Below, one piece after another: positions 40,345 to 50,405 of a stretch of 64,000 nucleotides of DNA. The notes beneath the pieces are model-generated. The model saw only the letters and a program-made list of their open reading frames with translations. It was not told the DNA's origin and did no database searches. The stretch is taken from IMG/VR virus record IMGVR_UViG_3300025437_000011, positions 44,476 to 108,475 of that record; one strand, written 5' to 3'. The first letter of the stretch is position 1, and each line of letters opens with the position of its first letter. The position numbers were made by a program, and so were the translations under genes. Source of the stretch: a virus.

Positions 40345-41828
40345 CCGATATAAGCAACAGTCCAGTTATCGTTACCATCAAAAATAATCGTTCCGGCTAA
40401 TACAGATAGTTTCAGGGTATCTCCTACACCCAATCTTGAAATAGTACTTACACCAGCATGATTCATAGATGTATTATTACCAAACTCTAACATGGCTTGA
40501 ACTGTAGTTGAGCTAGCACCGAGACCACTTTTTATAACAACTGCCTGACTTATAGCATTAAGACTATTACTGTTTGTTCTTGCAACCAAATGAACAGAAT
40601 AAAGTCCAGATATTGGTGCAGTAAAAATACCATTTGATTGGTTTAAAGAGTTTCCCTGCTGATAGTCTAAAGTCCAATTACCACTAGTTAATGTAGTGGT
40701 TGCGGAAACTGCGCCACCGTTACCTACAACACGAAATGCCGGACGCATGGGCATAGTCACAACCCCAAGTGGCAGATTTAAATTGCCACTTAAGTCAACT
40801 TGCATTAATTCTGTACCGCCAGATTCGTTTAGGTTTTTAGTAATGCGCCAATACTGTTTATTTGACGAACTATTATAATAAGAATCAATACCAAAATTTT
40901 TATTTCCAGAATAATAAAATAGCGTGCCCGGCGTGTCGGTCGTACCATTATCAAACATCAAGTCTCCAACATTATAACCAGCTTTTGCAAAAGTATTTTT
41001 CCCCAAAGTTGTTCCACCAGTTATAGGTAAATAACCAGTAAGAGAATTTTGAAGAGCAAAACCACTTGGATTTGACGCAGGATAAAATTGTCCAGTTTGT
41101 GAAGTTGTTACATAACTAGGAAGCGTATATGAAAAACTATTTCCAGTAGCAGAATAGCCCGGCACAAAACTCGTAACATCCCAAGTATTACTTCCACTAT
41201 TATATATAGCCCCAAAAACATCCGTAGACCCAACACCCGTACTTGCAACTAAACTTGTTGAGGCAGGAATACGGAAACCCGTTCCTAAAGATATAGGATT
41301 ATTACCCGACCCACCCTGAGTTATTCTCCAAATTTTCTTTTGACCATCAAAAAATGACCCACTGGGACTCTGTATTGTATACGAACCAGTAATTGTAGTA
41401 TTGGTTGTTACAGATATTTGATTAGCAAAAGCTAACCCACTACCATTAATATAAACTCCATTAGAAAAATTTCCACTTCCAATTACATCTAAATCATAAA
41501 CTGGAGAATTATTCTGAATACCAACCTTCCATCCTGCGGCTGGATTTAATAATAAATTATTATTTGGATAAATTGTAACATTTCCCGCCGCTCCGATTCC
41601 AAATCCGCCATACGAATTACCAATGTTAGTAGAATCTATATTAAAATATAAAGGCGTTTGGTTAATACCTATCGAACCGTTTGCCAATTGTTTTCCAGTA
41701 ATAAATCCAGAGGGATTAGAAAGTGCATAATAAAGTGATGCGGCGGTGCCAGTAGTTAAAAAAGATCCCGTATTGATCGACTGTGATGATGCAGTTGATG
41801 GATTATTTAATGTATTAAAAAATGGCAT
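40341..41828 (-). CDS. tail fibre / receptor-binding protein with C1q-like tip
   Basis: VGIQNNSPVYDLDV fibre motif; PAFRV...GIFTAPISGLY...GDTL C1q pattern. Confidence 0.75.
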   Translation of the reverse strand: MPFFNTLNNPSTASSQSINTGSFLTTGTAASLYYALSNPSGFITGKQLANGSIGINQTPLYFNIDSTNIGNSYGGFGIGAAGNVTIYPNNNLLLNPAAGWKVGIQNNSPVYDLDVIGSGNFSNGVYINGSGLAFANQISVTTNTTITGSYTIQSPSGSFFDGQKKIWRITQGGSGNNPISLGTGFRIPASTSLVASTGVGSTDVFGAIYNSGSNTWDVTSFVPGYSATGNSFSYTLPSYVTTSQTGQFYPASNPSGFALQNSLTGYLPITGGTTLGKNTFAKAGYNVGDLMFDNGTTDTPGTLFYYSGNKNFGIDSYYNSSSNKQYWRITKNLNESGGTELMQVDLSGNLNLPLGVVTMPMRPAFRVVGNGGAVSATTTLTSGNWTLDYQQGNSLNQSNGIFTAPISGLYSVHLVARTNSNSLNAISQAVVIKSGLGASSTTVQAMLEFGNNTSMNHAGVSTISRLGVGDTLKLSVLAGTIIFDGNDNWTVAYIG

Positions 41829-41832
41829 AATT

Positions 41833-42957
41833 TTAAGCGTACCATATTACGCCAGCCGCACTATTTATTGTCGCACTGGCATAGAGTGCATTTTGTGGAA
41901 CTACTGGAAATTCATATCCTTGGCCCGGCGCATAGTTCATAGAGTTTCCAGAAAGTGCTGGGTTTTGATTTGAAATATAAACCGTTCCAGTTGAAAGATT
42001 TTGAAATGCAAACATTTTAATTGCAGTACCTACAGGGAATACTATTGCTGTTCCAGTATTAATTGTCACCCCACTAAAAGATATATTTCCAGTAGGATAA
42101 TTTGTAATACCTATATTATTATTGCCAGGCGGTAATGGTGAATTTGGAGACAAGGCAACAACCTCGGCAGTATCCCCGGTCCCGGCTGCTGTTAGGGCTG
42201 GTTTAATAGTAATTAAATTTCCAGAAGGATCAGTCGGCTGTATTTTACCGATTAAATTGTATCCTACTGGAAGAGAATTATCCAACATTACATTACTGGT
42301 AGATGAAGACTGATTAACAACAAAAGCAACCTGAAATGGGGCAGTTCCCGTTAATCCATTTGCACGAAATCTAATAGCTTTAATAGCACTTGTATTGATT
42401 TGGCCTATTGTCGGATTAGATGTCGCGGCATATGATGTGACAGAAGCACCATTTGTTAAAGAAACATAACTTGTTGCAAGCCATGTCGAACCGTCAATTG
42501 ATCCTTCAATATTTATAGTCCCAGCACTAACATTTGTAGACACAGATTGAAATGCAAGTGTTGAATAATTTGTAGTATTAACAACGTAACTACCAGTGTT
42601 AACATTAATTATTACTCCAGTGCCTCCAGATAAGTCTGGATTAGTATACCCAATATAATTAGATCCAGATGGTAAAACTCCGCTCAATCCAACCACTGTT
42701 GGCGGATTATATGGATTAATTCCATTATCATAATAAATAGCCAAAAGATCTGAATTTGTAATTGTTGGCGATCCAGCCAAAGTGAGGATACTGTTCGTGC
42801 CTTGAGTATATAAGGAAGGTGGTATTCCTCCAATCTGATAAAGTATCGACCCCTGAGTCGCATCGGCAATTAGGAGAATTTGCGATGTCGGAACATTAAC
42901 GCCAGACATAGTAATGGCATTTCCATTAATTGAGTATGTATTACAGAGTGTTTTCAT
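41833..42957 (-). CDS. virion structural protein (T/G/S/N-rich)
   Basis: Composition and position in the tail block. Confidence 0.65.
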   Translation of the reverse strand: MKTLCNTYSINGNAITMSGVNVPTSQILLIADATQGSILYQIGGIPPSLYTQGTNSILTLAGSPTITNSDLLAIYYDNGINPYNPPTVVGLSGVLPSGSNYIGYTNPDLSGGTGVIINVNTGSYVVNTTNYSTLAFQSVSTNVSAGTINIEGSIDGSTWLATSYVSLTNGASVTSYAATSNPTIGQINTSAIKAIRFRANGLTGTAPFQVAFVVNQSSSTSNVMLDNSLPVGYNLIGKIQPTDPSGNLITIKPALTAAGTGDTAEVVALSPNSPLPPGNNNIGITNYPTGNISFSGVTINTGTAIVFPVGTAIKMFAFQNLSTGTVYISNQNPALSGNSMNYAPGQGYEFPVVPQNALYASATINSAAGVIWYA

Positions 42958-42961
42958 TATA

Positions 42962-44449
42962 TTATCCTAGCGCTATTGCGTATGCGATGGCATTTAAGTT
43001 AGCTTTATTTACACTTATAAAACCGGATGGGTTAGAATTTGGATAAAATGATCCAGTTTGGGAATTAGGCAAATAGGTTGAGGCATCATAACCACTCAGG
43101 CCAGTTAGTTGCGCATAAGTGGCATATGAAGAAAGATTAACGCCCGTTATAAACCCGCTCGGATTGGAGGCGGGATAAAACGCACCCGTTTGGCCCGTTG
43201 TAATATATCCACTTGGGTTGGAATTTAATGGATAATAATTTCCAGTTGAGGCCGCTCCAGTTGAAACTGTAACACCATTATATTGAAGCGTTCCAGTAAA
43301 GTTATAAGAACCACCCAAAACTTGTGTTCCAGTTGTATATACTATTCCACTTGGAAGAGTAACTGCCGATGCCTCTCCGCTCAATAGGACTCCAGTTCCA
43401 TTTACGGTTGGGCGAACAGTAAATGCGGCACTAGAAGTTGTTACAAAATTGCCAGTATTAATTCCTGTAATAAAACCACTAGGATTATTCCTTGGATAAT
43501 AAGCCGAAAGGTCAACCCCAGTAATAAAAGCCGAAGGATTACTTGCCGGATAAAATAGTCCAGTTTGAGAAGTGCTTATGAAGGAACCAGTTTGTGATTT
43601 TGGTACATAAGTTAGAGCATCATATCCACTAACTCCAGTTAACTGTGCATAAGTAGCATAATTATTGGTTAGGGTTCCACTTAATGAATTTATTGATGAG
43701 GCAAGCGTAGATCCAGTAGTAGAAAGATTTGACGTTAATGTGGAAATTGAAGATGAAAGTGTTGACCCTGTTGTTGCCAAATTAGTCGCAACTGTCGCAA
43801 TGTTAGTACTTAATGTTTGTCCAGTTGTATAAACATTTGTAATTGTGGCAAAAGTATTATTTGAATAACCGCTTAAAGAATTAATTGAACTATATAAGTT
43901 TGAACCAGAAGTAACTAAATTTCCACTCAAAGAATTAATTTGACCTTGAAGATTAGATCCAGTTGTAGCTAAATTTGTACTGATTGTACTCTCATTTGTA
44001 GTAAGCGTCCCACTTAGAGAAAAAATTCTAGAAGACAATACTGATCCTGTTGTGGCTAAATTAGTTGCAAGCGTAGAACCAGTAGTAGCTAAATTTGTAG
44101 TAAGTCCAGAAATTTGTAGCTGAATTCCCGAACCGCTAGCGACAAAAGCCGCTACGGTTTCATAGTAACCTGTTAAAGTTCCGCTTAGAGATGAAATGGA
44201 AATATTTGCAGAATTAATTCCAGATTGAAGAACTCCACTTATACCAATTTGACTAACATTGTCTACATTTCCCAGTCCAACATCTGATGAATTTAATGAA
44301 ACGTATCCTTGTTTACCATTAACAGCAAAAACCCCCGCCCCTTGCGACGAAACAACATTAACAACAGGTTGCGTCGGTGGTTGAACGGTTACATTTGTTT
44401 GTATAACCGCTGGTGGCGTTGTGGTTACATTGACATTAATTTCGGCCAT
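42962..44449 (-). CDS. tail fibre-like repeat protein
   Basis: VNGKQG..DVGLGNVDN; NLATTGS repeats; NPS-[GA]-[FY]-I repeats; ends AYAIALG. Confidence 0.75.
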   Translation of the reverse strand: MAEINVNVTTTPPAVIQTNVTVQPPTQPVVNVVSSQGAGVFAVNGKQGYVSLNSSDVGLGNVDNVSQIGISGVLQSGINSANISISSLSGTLTGYYETVAAFVASGSGIQLQISGLTTNLATTGSTLATNLATTGSVLSSRIFSLSGTLTTNESTISTNLATTGSNLQGQINSLSGNLVTSGSNLYSSINSLSGYSNNTFATITNVYTTGQTLSTNIATVATNLATTGSTLSSSISTLTSNLSTTGSTLASSINSLSGTLTNNYATYAQLTGVSGYDALTYVPKSQTGSFISTSQTGLFYPASNPSAFITGVDLSAYYPRNNPSGFITGINTGNFVTTSSAAFTVRPTVNGTGVLLSGEASAVTLPSGIVYTTGTQVLGGSYNFTGTLQYNGVTVSTGAASTGNYYPLNSNPSGYITTGQTGAFYPASNPSGFITGVNLSSYATYAQLTGLSGYDASTYLPNSQTGSFYPNSNPSGFISVNKANLNAIAYAIALG

Positions 44450-44450
44450 A

Positions 44451-44867
44451 TTATAGTGTGTAGCTTCCTACTAAATTAACATTATCGTATACATTTAAAT
44501 TTCCAGCAATATAAGTATTAGCGACAGAACCTGAAACTACCTGAACAGCATAATAATAGGCTCCGGCGCGCATCATCATTTGGGAGCCTGAAAGTTGATT
44601 TAAAATTGCATAATTACCACTTGGCCCAGTAATTGAAATTGTTCCATTTGATGTTGACCATTGGTACGCAACAGTCTGCCATTGACCATTATAATCAATA
44701 TTATCTTGATATAAATTTGTCTCTGTATACTGTGTTCCTAAAGTTCCAATAATAGATAATCCACTCAAATTTATAGGATTATTATTTACATCTGTAAAAA
44801 TAAAGGTGATAGGGCCATAACTATCGCCCCTATAGGCATCAGGTAAATTATAAAGCGTAGGAATCAT
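44451..44867 (-). CDS. baseplate/fibre-attachment protein (BppU N-domain-like)
   Basis: RGDSY..F...PINLSG...GAYYYAVQV...GNLNV. Confidence 0.6.
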   Translation of the reverse strand: MIPTLYNLPDAYRGDSYGPITFIFTDVNNNPINLSGLSIIGTLGTQYTETNLYQDNIDYNGQWQTVAYQWSTSNGTISITGPSGNYAILNQLSGSQMMMRAGAYYYAVQVVSGSVANTYIAGNLNVYDNVNLVGSYTL

Positions 44868-44965
44868 AGGAAGAAGAATTTCCTATAATTACACCCAAAA
44901 GAGGTGTCAAAATAAATTTTAAAAAAATACTTGCCAAAACCTTAAAATAGTCCGAATATAGCCAT

Positions 44966-45484
44966 ATGACAACAGCAACAAACCAAAAGACACTTCAACT
45001 ATCATGGTTAGAGCCCGGTGACCGCTTTGAAATCCCTTCTATTTCTGATACTATGCGTAATTTAAGAGTAATTTCTACCAACGAGTCCTCTACTAGTGTA
45101 GAGGGCGAGCGCAGAAATGGTATTAATGACCCTTGGGTTGCTTTTAGATTCCCAATCGCTAATACTGTACGAGTTGTTCTCGTAGAAAAAAATGCCCCAA
45201 AAATTACTGATTTTAAGAAGAAAGATATGAACACAGAGGAGCAAAATACAGAGATAACGCCCCCACGACGCAGGGGAAGGCCAGCAAAGCAGTCCAAGCC
45301 ACTTAATGAGCTTGGCGGCACAAAGGGAGACTTTACAGTGAAGGATCTCGTTGAGAAGAACGGAATGAAGGAGTACGACGCGCATAATTTAGTCAGAAGC
45401 GCCATTAAACAGGGCACAGCCACTGTTGTTAGAGAGGAGTCGGGCGGCAGGGGTAAACCAAGGAAAGTTTACCGCCTAGTGTAA
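44966..45484 (+). CDS. putative DNA-binding protein (AT-hook plus winged helix)
   Basis: RRRGRPAK; FTVKDL...GRGKPRKVYRL. Confidence 0.6.
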   Translation: MTTATNQKTLQLSWLEPGDRFEIPSISDTMRNLRVISTNESSTSVEGERRNGINDPWVAFRFPIANTVRVVLVEKNAPKITDFKKKDMNTEEQNTEITPPRRRGRPAKQSKPLNELGGTKGDFTVKDLVEKNGMKEYDAHNLVRSAIKQGTATVVREESGGRGKPRKVYRLV

Positions 45485-45495
45485 TTAGATTAACT

Positions 45496-45566
45496 TACCC
45501 TTTGGTGTAATGGTAGCACAACAGACTTTGACTCTGTTTGTCATGGTTCGAGTCCATGAGGGGTAG
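45496..45566 (+). tRNA. tRNA-Gln(TTG)
   Basis: TACCCTT/AGGGGTA acceptor; ACAGA-CT TTG AC-TCTGT; GGTTCGA. Confidence 0.9.
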
Positions 45567-45978
45567 TTTTTTTCAATAATTCTTTAATTTCTTCTATTTG
45601 TTTTAGAATCTCAGCCCTTTCTTCTTTTGCTTTTACAATATAATCTAGGGCAGTTTTATCTATACGAATATCTTCCACTAATTTTTTAAGAATAATATTT
45701 GCCTCTTCATCTAGAGCAAGATCGTGAAGTAAATGACTTCGGTCTTTTTCTGCCTGTCTGGTAGATGACATTAAAATTAGGGGGGTAGCATATGCCGCCT
45801 CAAAAGATAAAAATAAATTTAAAAGAATAAATGGATATGGATCAAAATGTACTAGTCCCAAAAGATTAGCTATAATCCAGAGAGTGAGTATACTAGACTG
45901 GATAACAATAAAAGTCCAACTACCAATAAATTCAGCAATTTTGTCCGCCAATTTAATACTTAATTCTTTTAGTTTCAT
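45541..45978 (-). CDS. DUF1003 membrane protein
   Basis: LADKIAEFIGSWTF, FDPYPFILLNLFLS..AAYATPLILMS. Confidence 0.85.
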   Translation of the reverse strand: MKLKELSIKLADKIAEFIGSWTFIVIQSSILTLWIIANLLGLVHFDPYPFILLNLFLSFEAAYATPLILMSSTRQAEKDRSHLLHDLALDEEANIILKKLVEDIRIDKTALDYIVKAKEERAEILKQIEEIKELLKKTTPHGLEP

Positions 45979-46015
45979 ATTGACTATTTGTTAAATCTAT
46001 TTTACACTTCTCTAA

Positions 46016-46711
46016 ATGAAAGTTAATTACAAACTTAAGGAGATACATCCCCGAATCTTTTTGGTTACGATAAAGGATACCTATGATCTTGCGATGACAT
46101 TTTGCCGTTTACAGGAATATTATGAGTCGCCTTTTAAGCAGATTAGAAATAAAACATTCACAATGACCGAGTTCCAAAGATTGTATGCAAAGGAATTTGG
46201 TGATGGAATTTTTAGTTACCCTGCCGATTGGGCGGGATTTAACGTGCCGGGCGCCGTTTTTGATGATTTCATGAGTATAAATTTTGATGACTGGGGTAAT
46301 GAGTATGATTTTACTATAGCAGATATACATTGGACAGTAACCAAGGAAGAGGAAGAATTCAATGACGAAAATCCCTATTATATTATAGCGGCCGGGCCTG
46401 ATGATCGGGAAACTATCAATCATGAAATTTGCCATGCCCTATACTATTTAGACCAACAATACAAAGAAAAGGTTGACCTTATAATTTCTGAATTAAATGT
46501 TTCACTATTCTCACATTTCAAAACCGGACTATTAAATAAAGGTTACTCAAAAGGTGTTATTGTTGATGAAATTAATGCTTATATCTGCTTTGACTCTAGT
46601 ACTATTTTCGGTGGTCTATATAAAATGAATAAAAAAGAAAAGAAAAATTTTAACGAGATCCAAACAAAGCTAAAGGTTCTTTTTGAAACAACCCTTTCAG
46701 CTAGAAAATAA
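46016..46711 (+). CDS. hypothetical protein with HExxH motif
   Basis: RLQEYYES, WAGFN, HEICHA, DEINAY. Confidence 0.65.
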   Translation: MKVNYKLKEIHPRIFLVTIKDTYDLAMTFCRLQEYYESPFKQIRNKTFTMTEFQRLYAKEFGDGIFSYPADWAGFNVPGAVFDDFMSINFDDWGNEYDFTIADIHWTVTKEEEEFNDENPYYIIAAGPDDRETINHEICHALYYLDQQYKEKVDLIISELNVSLFSHFKTGLLNKGYSKGVIVDEINAYICFDSSTIFGGLYKMNKKEKKNFNEIQTKLKVLFETTLSARK

Positions 46712-46747
46712 GCGGTTCCGCGACCAATTTATGGTGTAAATTCCCGT

Positions 46748-46957
46748 ATGGATGCACCCAAAATTGACCACAATATTGAAAGATGGGTTGCCTTTTGCCA
46801 AAATGAAGAGGCCGCAGAAAAAGAACTACAAGATAAACTTCTTATTGTTGCACAAAAGAAGCTAATTGTCAGTGCAAAAAAACAGTTAGTCGATTCTAAA
46901 TCGCATCCACATAATTTGTATATTTATAAGTTTACTATTTTTACTGCGCCAAAATAA
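46748..46957 (+). CDS. hypothetical protein
   Basis: GTGTAAA 14 nt upstream. Confidence 0.6.
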   Translation: MDAPKIDHNIERWVAFCQNEEAAEKELQDKLLIVAQKKLIVSAKKQLVDSKSHPHNLYIYKFTIFTAPK

Positions 46958-46999
46958 AGTTTGACTTATGGGTAAGTTTAGGTTATTATCCTAATTAGT

Positions 47000-47080
47000 G
47001 CACGAGTAGCATAGCGGCGATTGCACCACATTTACACTGTGGTATTTCCATCGGGGGTTCGAGTCCCTCCTCGTGTACCA
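47000..47080 (+). tRNA. tRNA-Val(TAC)
   Basis: CCACA-TT TAC AC-TGTGG; encoded CCA. Confidence 0.88.
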
Positions 47081-47100
47081 ATTTTAGTGTAATTAATCCT

Positions 47101-47529
47101 ATGCCAATTATAACAGTAGATTTTGATCATACTCTCGCCTATGAAGATACAACTATGCAGGGTGGTTGGATATATATTGGTAGTGGCATTCTTATGCCAA
47201 TAGAAAAAGTTTGTAATTTAGTTAGACAAAAAGCAAGAGAGGGCTATCAAGTTGACATTGTAACATTCAGAAAAGATGAACATATTAAAGAAGTTCGTGA
47301 GTTTATAAGATCAAATAATCTCCCAATTACAAATGTTTACAATACAGATGGTGAATCTAAAACACCAATTCTCAAACGTTTAAATTCTCAACTGCACATT
47401 GATGATGTACTTTCAGTTGTGATTTCTGCGGAAAAAGCTGGCATTCCCTGTCTTCTTGTTAATGGTAATGGCGAATATAATAATAATTCTACCGCCGACT
47501 TGTTTAATAAATTGGATGTCAATTATTGA
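47101..47529 (+). CDS. HAD-family hydrolase
   Basis: DFDHTL, VTFR, HIDD. Confidence 0.8.
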   Translation: MPIITVDFDHTLAYEDTTMQGGWIYIGSGILMPIEKVCNLVRQKAREGYQVDIVTFRKDEHIKEVREFIRSNNLPITNVYNTDGESKTPILKRLNSQLHIDDVLSVVISAEKAGIPCLLVNGNGEYNNNSTADLFNKLDVNY

Positions 47530-47659
47530 ATTGTTTATAATAAAAATATATTTTTAATAAAAATTTTCATATAATTCGGTGTATGGAAATAAAGTCTCAA
47601 TCAACCGAATCAAATCCAACTACTCAAGGGAATAGTTAAGATATTAGTAAGTAAAATTT

Positions 47660-48520
47660 GTGACCGATAAAACAATATATTTTTATATTGATCCCAAATA
47701 TGGATCTGCTTACTTAAGGGGCTGGCAAGTAAGACAAAAGCTTCGCCAGTTGGGGTATAATGCGAGAATCATCACTCGTCCAAACCCAAACATTAGGGAC
47801 TCCATAATTTTTTGTGTTAAAACTCGTATATTAAATACTCAAATTTTTGATACCAGCAACTTTATTATTTGGGATTCGGTAGATTTTATTGACAGAGAAA
47901 AAAGACTGAGTGATTTTACACGTTTAGCAGATGTTGCTGATATAGTTGTTTATCATAATACAGTTCTTCCTCATTATTTTAAATCAGAGCATAACATTGA
48001 AAAGGAATATAGAATAATTCCGCACCATTGGGATGCCAGAATTCAAAATACTAAACCTCACGAAGATAAATTTTCGATTGGATACATAGGAAATGATATA
48101 TCTAGCATCCATTTGAATTTAATTCAAAATAAATATTTTATCATTGGTAAAAATTTCCTAGGTAAGCACTTCGTAGATGAACTTAATAAATATAGTTGTC
48201 ATTTTGATATAAAAGATCCAGATCATTTTAAATTTAAAACTTGTTCGGCAATGAAACTCTCAACAGCCGCCGCTGTTAATAAATGCATTATTTTAAATAA
48301 AACATGGTCAAATCTAGACCTATTACCAGAAAATTCTATACTTTTTACCGAAGACAGTAGCGAAGAGGCGGCTAGAAGTAAAATAGAAGAAATAGCTTCT
48401 ATTTATCAAACACCTGAATGGGATCATATCCTGATCGACTTACAGAAGATTAAAGAAAAAACTTCCTTGGATAATATCATTAAATTATACGAAAATATTA
48501 TTATTGAAAATGCAAACTAA
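47660..48520 (+). CDS. putative GT-B glycosyltransferase
   Basis: GSAYLRG, IPHHWD, IGYIG, KLSTAAA. Confidence 0.55.
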   Translation: MTDKTIYFYIDPKYGSAYLRGWQVRQKLRQLGYNARIITRPNPNIRDSIIFCVKTRILNTQIFDTSNFIIWDSVDFIDREKRLSDFTRLADVADIVVYHNTVLPHYFKSEHNIEKEYRIIPHHWDARIQNTKPHEDKFSIGYIGNDISSIHLNLIQNKYFIIGKNFLGKHFVDELNKYSCHFDIKDPDHFKFKTCSAMKLSTAAAVNKCIILNKTWSNLDLLPENSILFTEDSSEEAARSKIEEIASIYQTPEWDHILIDLQKIKEKTSLDNIIKLYENIIIENAN

Positions 48521-49175
48521 AGTAATCACATCAATAGTCGGAGACGGACGGGACTGGTTACATACCCCAATGCCGGAAGATAATGTAGAGTTTGTAGCAT
48601 ACACAAATCAATTTGCGCCGCATTGGACAATAAAATCACCTTGCGATATTTTTTCGGAGCCAAAAAAGAATGCTAAAATTCATAAGATTCTTTTACATAA
48701 ATATGAGGATTGCGATTACTCGATTTGGATTGATGGAAATGTAAATTTATTGCAACCTGTGAATAAAATTATTGCAGATCTTTTGGGGGATAATGACCTA
48801 GCAATTACGCAACATCCCAATAGAAATAATTTATTTGAAGAGGCTGAACATATAAAAATAAAAAAAGTAGAATATCCGCATATTGTAGACAGGCAGTTAG
48901 AAAGATACAGAAATCAAAAAGAAGAAATTATACAAGAAAATAAACTTTATTTTGCAACTGTCTTGATAAGAAAACATTCTAAAAAAATTAATCGGTTTAA
49001 TGATGCTTGGTGGGCGGAAATTTGTACAAACTCATTTCGTGACCAAATTTCTCTTCCGTATGTTCTTCGTCAATTTTCTGACCTTAAAATTAATACGTTT
49101 AATTTAGAAACAATGAACAGATATTTTCATAGAAAAGACCATCCAAGAATTACATATGGCAACAATGAAATATAA
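48510..49175 (+). CDS. DUF616-type glycosyltransferase
   Basis: SIWIDGN, HPNR, WWAEI, RDQISLPY. Confidence 0.8.
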   Translation: MQTKVITSIVGDGRDWLHTPMPEDNVEFVAYTNQFAPHWTIKSPCDIFSEPKKNAKIHKILLHKYEDCDYSIWIDGNVNLLQPVNKIIADLLGDNDLAITQHPNRNNLFEEAEHIKIKKVEYPHIVDRQLERYRNQKEEIIQENKLYFATVLIRKHSKKINRFNDAWWAEICTNSFRDQISLPYVLRQFSDLKINTFNLETMNRYFHRKDHPRITYGNNEI

Positions 49176-49224
49176 TTGTAAAAATTGGAGATGCCGATTA
49201 AATCAAGGTGTAATCAATATATTC

Positions 49225-49297
<73 letters not shown>

Positions 49298-49340
49298 GAT
49301 TTTTCTTGTTATTGATAGCAATAAGTCATAGAATCTTAAA

Positions 49341-49589
49341 ATGCTGAAGCGAGATAATTGGACAAATGATGAGGTGATTAAGATCTTAGAAGGTCGAAAG
49401 ATTGTTATTGGAAAGAAGGAGAGATCAGACAAGCAACTGGCTTATTTAAAAGCTTATAATGATGGTATCGAACAAGCTATTATTCAATTCTATGACTTCA
49501 AGGCAGATCCCGAAATATCTTATAGTGCAATGGCTTACGAGACAAATAATAAGCAAATCTATGTCATCTCTGAACCAATGCCGCAATGA
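49341..49589 (+). CDS. hypothetical protein
   Basis: TTGTTA(49306)-17-TAGAAT-6-ATG. Confidence 0.65.
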   Translation: MLKRDNWTNDEVIKILEGRKIVIGKKERSDKQLAYLKAYNDGIEQAIIQFYDFKADPEISYSAMAYETNNKQIYVISEPMPQ

Positions 49590-49774
49590 CAAAAAGGGAA
49601 TATAAGAAAAAGTTAAACGCACTAACAAATGAGCGCGATAAACTATCAGTTCTAATTGAAAAATCTAATCAATATTTGGATAACCTTAAACAAAATTACA
49701 ACATGTTGGGCGATAAAATAGAAGAACTTAATAATAAATATGCGAAAAATTCCAGCCCTAATGAACATGATTGA
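49586..49774 (+). CDS. small coiled-coil protein
   Basis: ATGA overlap. Confidence 0.55.
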   Translation: MTKREYKKKLNALTNERDKLSVLIEKSNQYLDNLKQNYNMLGDKIEELNNKYAKNSSPNEHD

Positions 49775-50246
49775 AATAACCGATATTCCGCAATATATTC
49801 TTGTTGACGCTATTAAACGTAGTAAAAAATTAGGACGTTTGCATAATTCAATAACAAAAGGTGCAGGAAATATTGTTGGTTATATTGGGCAAGCTTTGGT
49901 GGCCCGGCACTTAAAGGCGAATGAGCCAGATACTTATGAATATGATGTAGAAAAAGATGGCGTTCGTTATGAGGTAAAAAGCAAGAGTTGTACAAGCAAG
50001 CCCCGTCCAGATTATGATTGTTCAGTTAGCAAAGCAAACACGGAACAAGAGTGTGATTATTATGTTTTTGTTCGGGTTATGCAAGATTTCTCAAAAGCAT
50101 GGATTTTAGGAAAAAAGAAACCAAAAAAATATTTTAAAGAAGCTAGATTTTGTAAAAAAGGAGAGAAGGATGAGAAGAGTCATTTAGGATGGAAATTCAA
50201 AGGTGATTGTTACAATTTAGATATTGCATCCCTAGATCCATTATAA
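49740..50246 (+). CDS. putative PD-(D/E)XK nuclease-like protein
   Basis: YDV...YEVKSK, CDYYVF. Confidence 0.55.
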   Translation: MRKIPALMNMIEITDIPQYILVDAIKRSKKLGRLHNSITKGAGNIVGYIGQALVARHLKANEPDTYEYDVEKDGVRYEVKSKSCTSKPRPDYDCSVSKANTEQECDYYVFVRVMQDFSKAWILGKKKPKKYFKEARFCKKGEKDEKSHLGWKFKGDCYNLDIASLDPL

Positions 50247-50251
50247 TTAAT

Positions 50252-50374
50252 ATGAGCGAACAAAAATCTACAGGCGCAGGAAAGGGCGATAAACCCCGCC
50301 CCACAGACAAAAAAACATGGGATAAAAATTTTGATTCGATCAAATGGCCTTCAAAAGAGAAGAAGAAGGCTTGA
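50252..50374 (+). CDS. 40-aa basic peptide (not in ORF track)
   Basis: MSEQKSTGAGKGDKPRPTDKKTWDKNFDSIKW... Confidence 0.6.
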   Translation: MSEQKSTGAGKGDKPRPTDKKTWDKNFDSIKWPSKEKKKA

Positions 50375-50405
50375 CTTTTTTGCCCAAAAGAATTATTTTA
50401 ATGAA

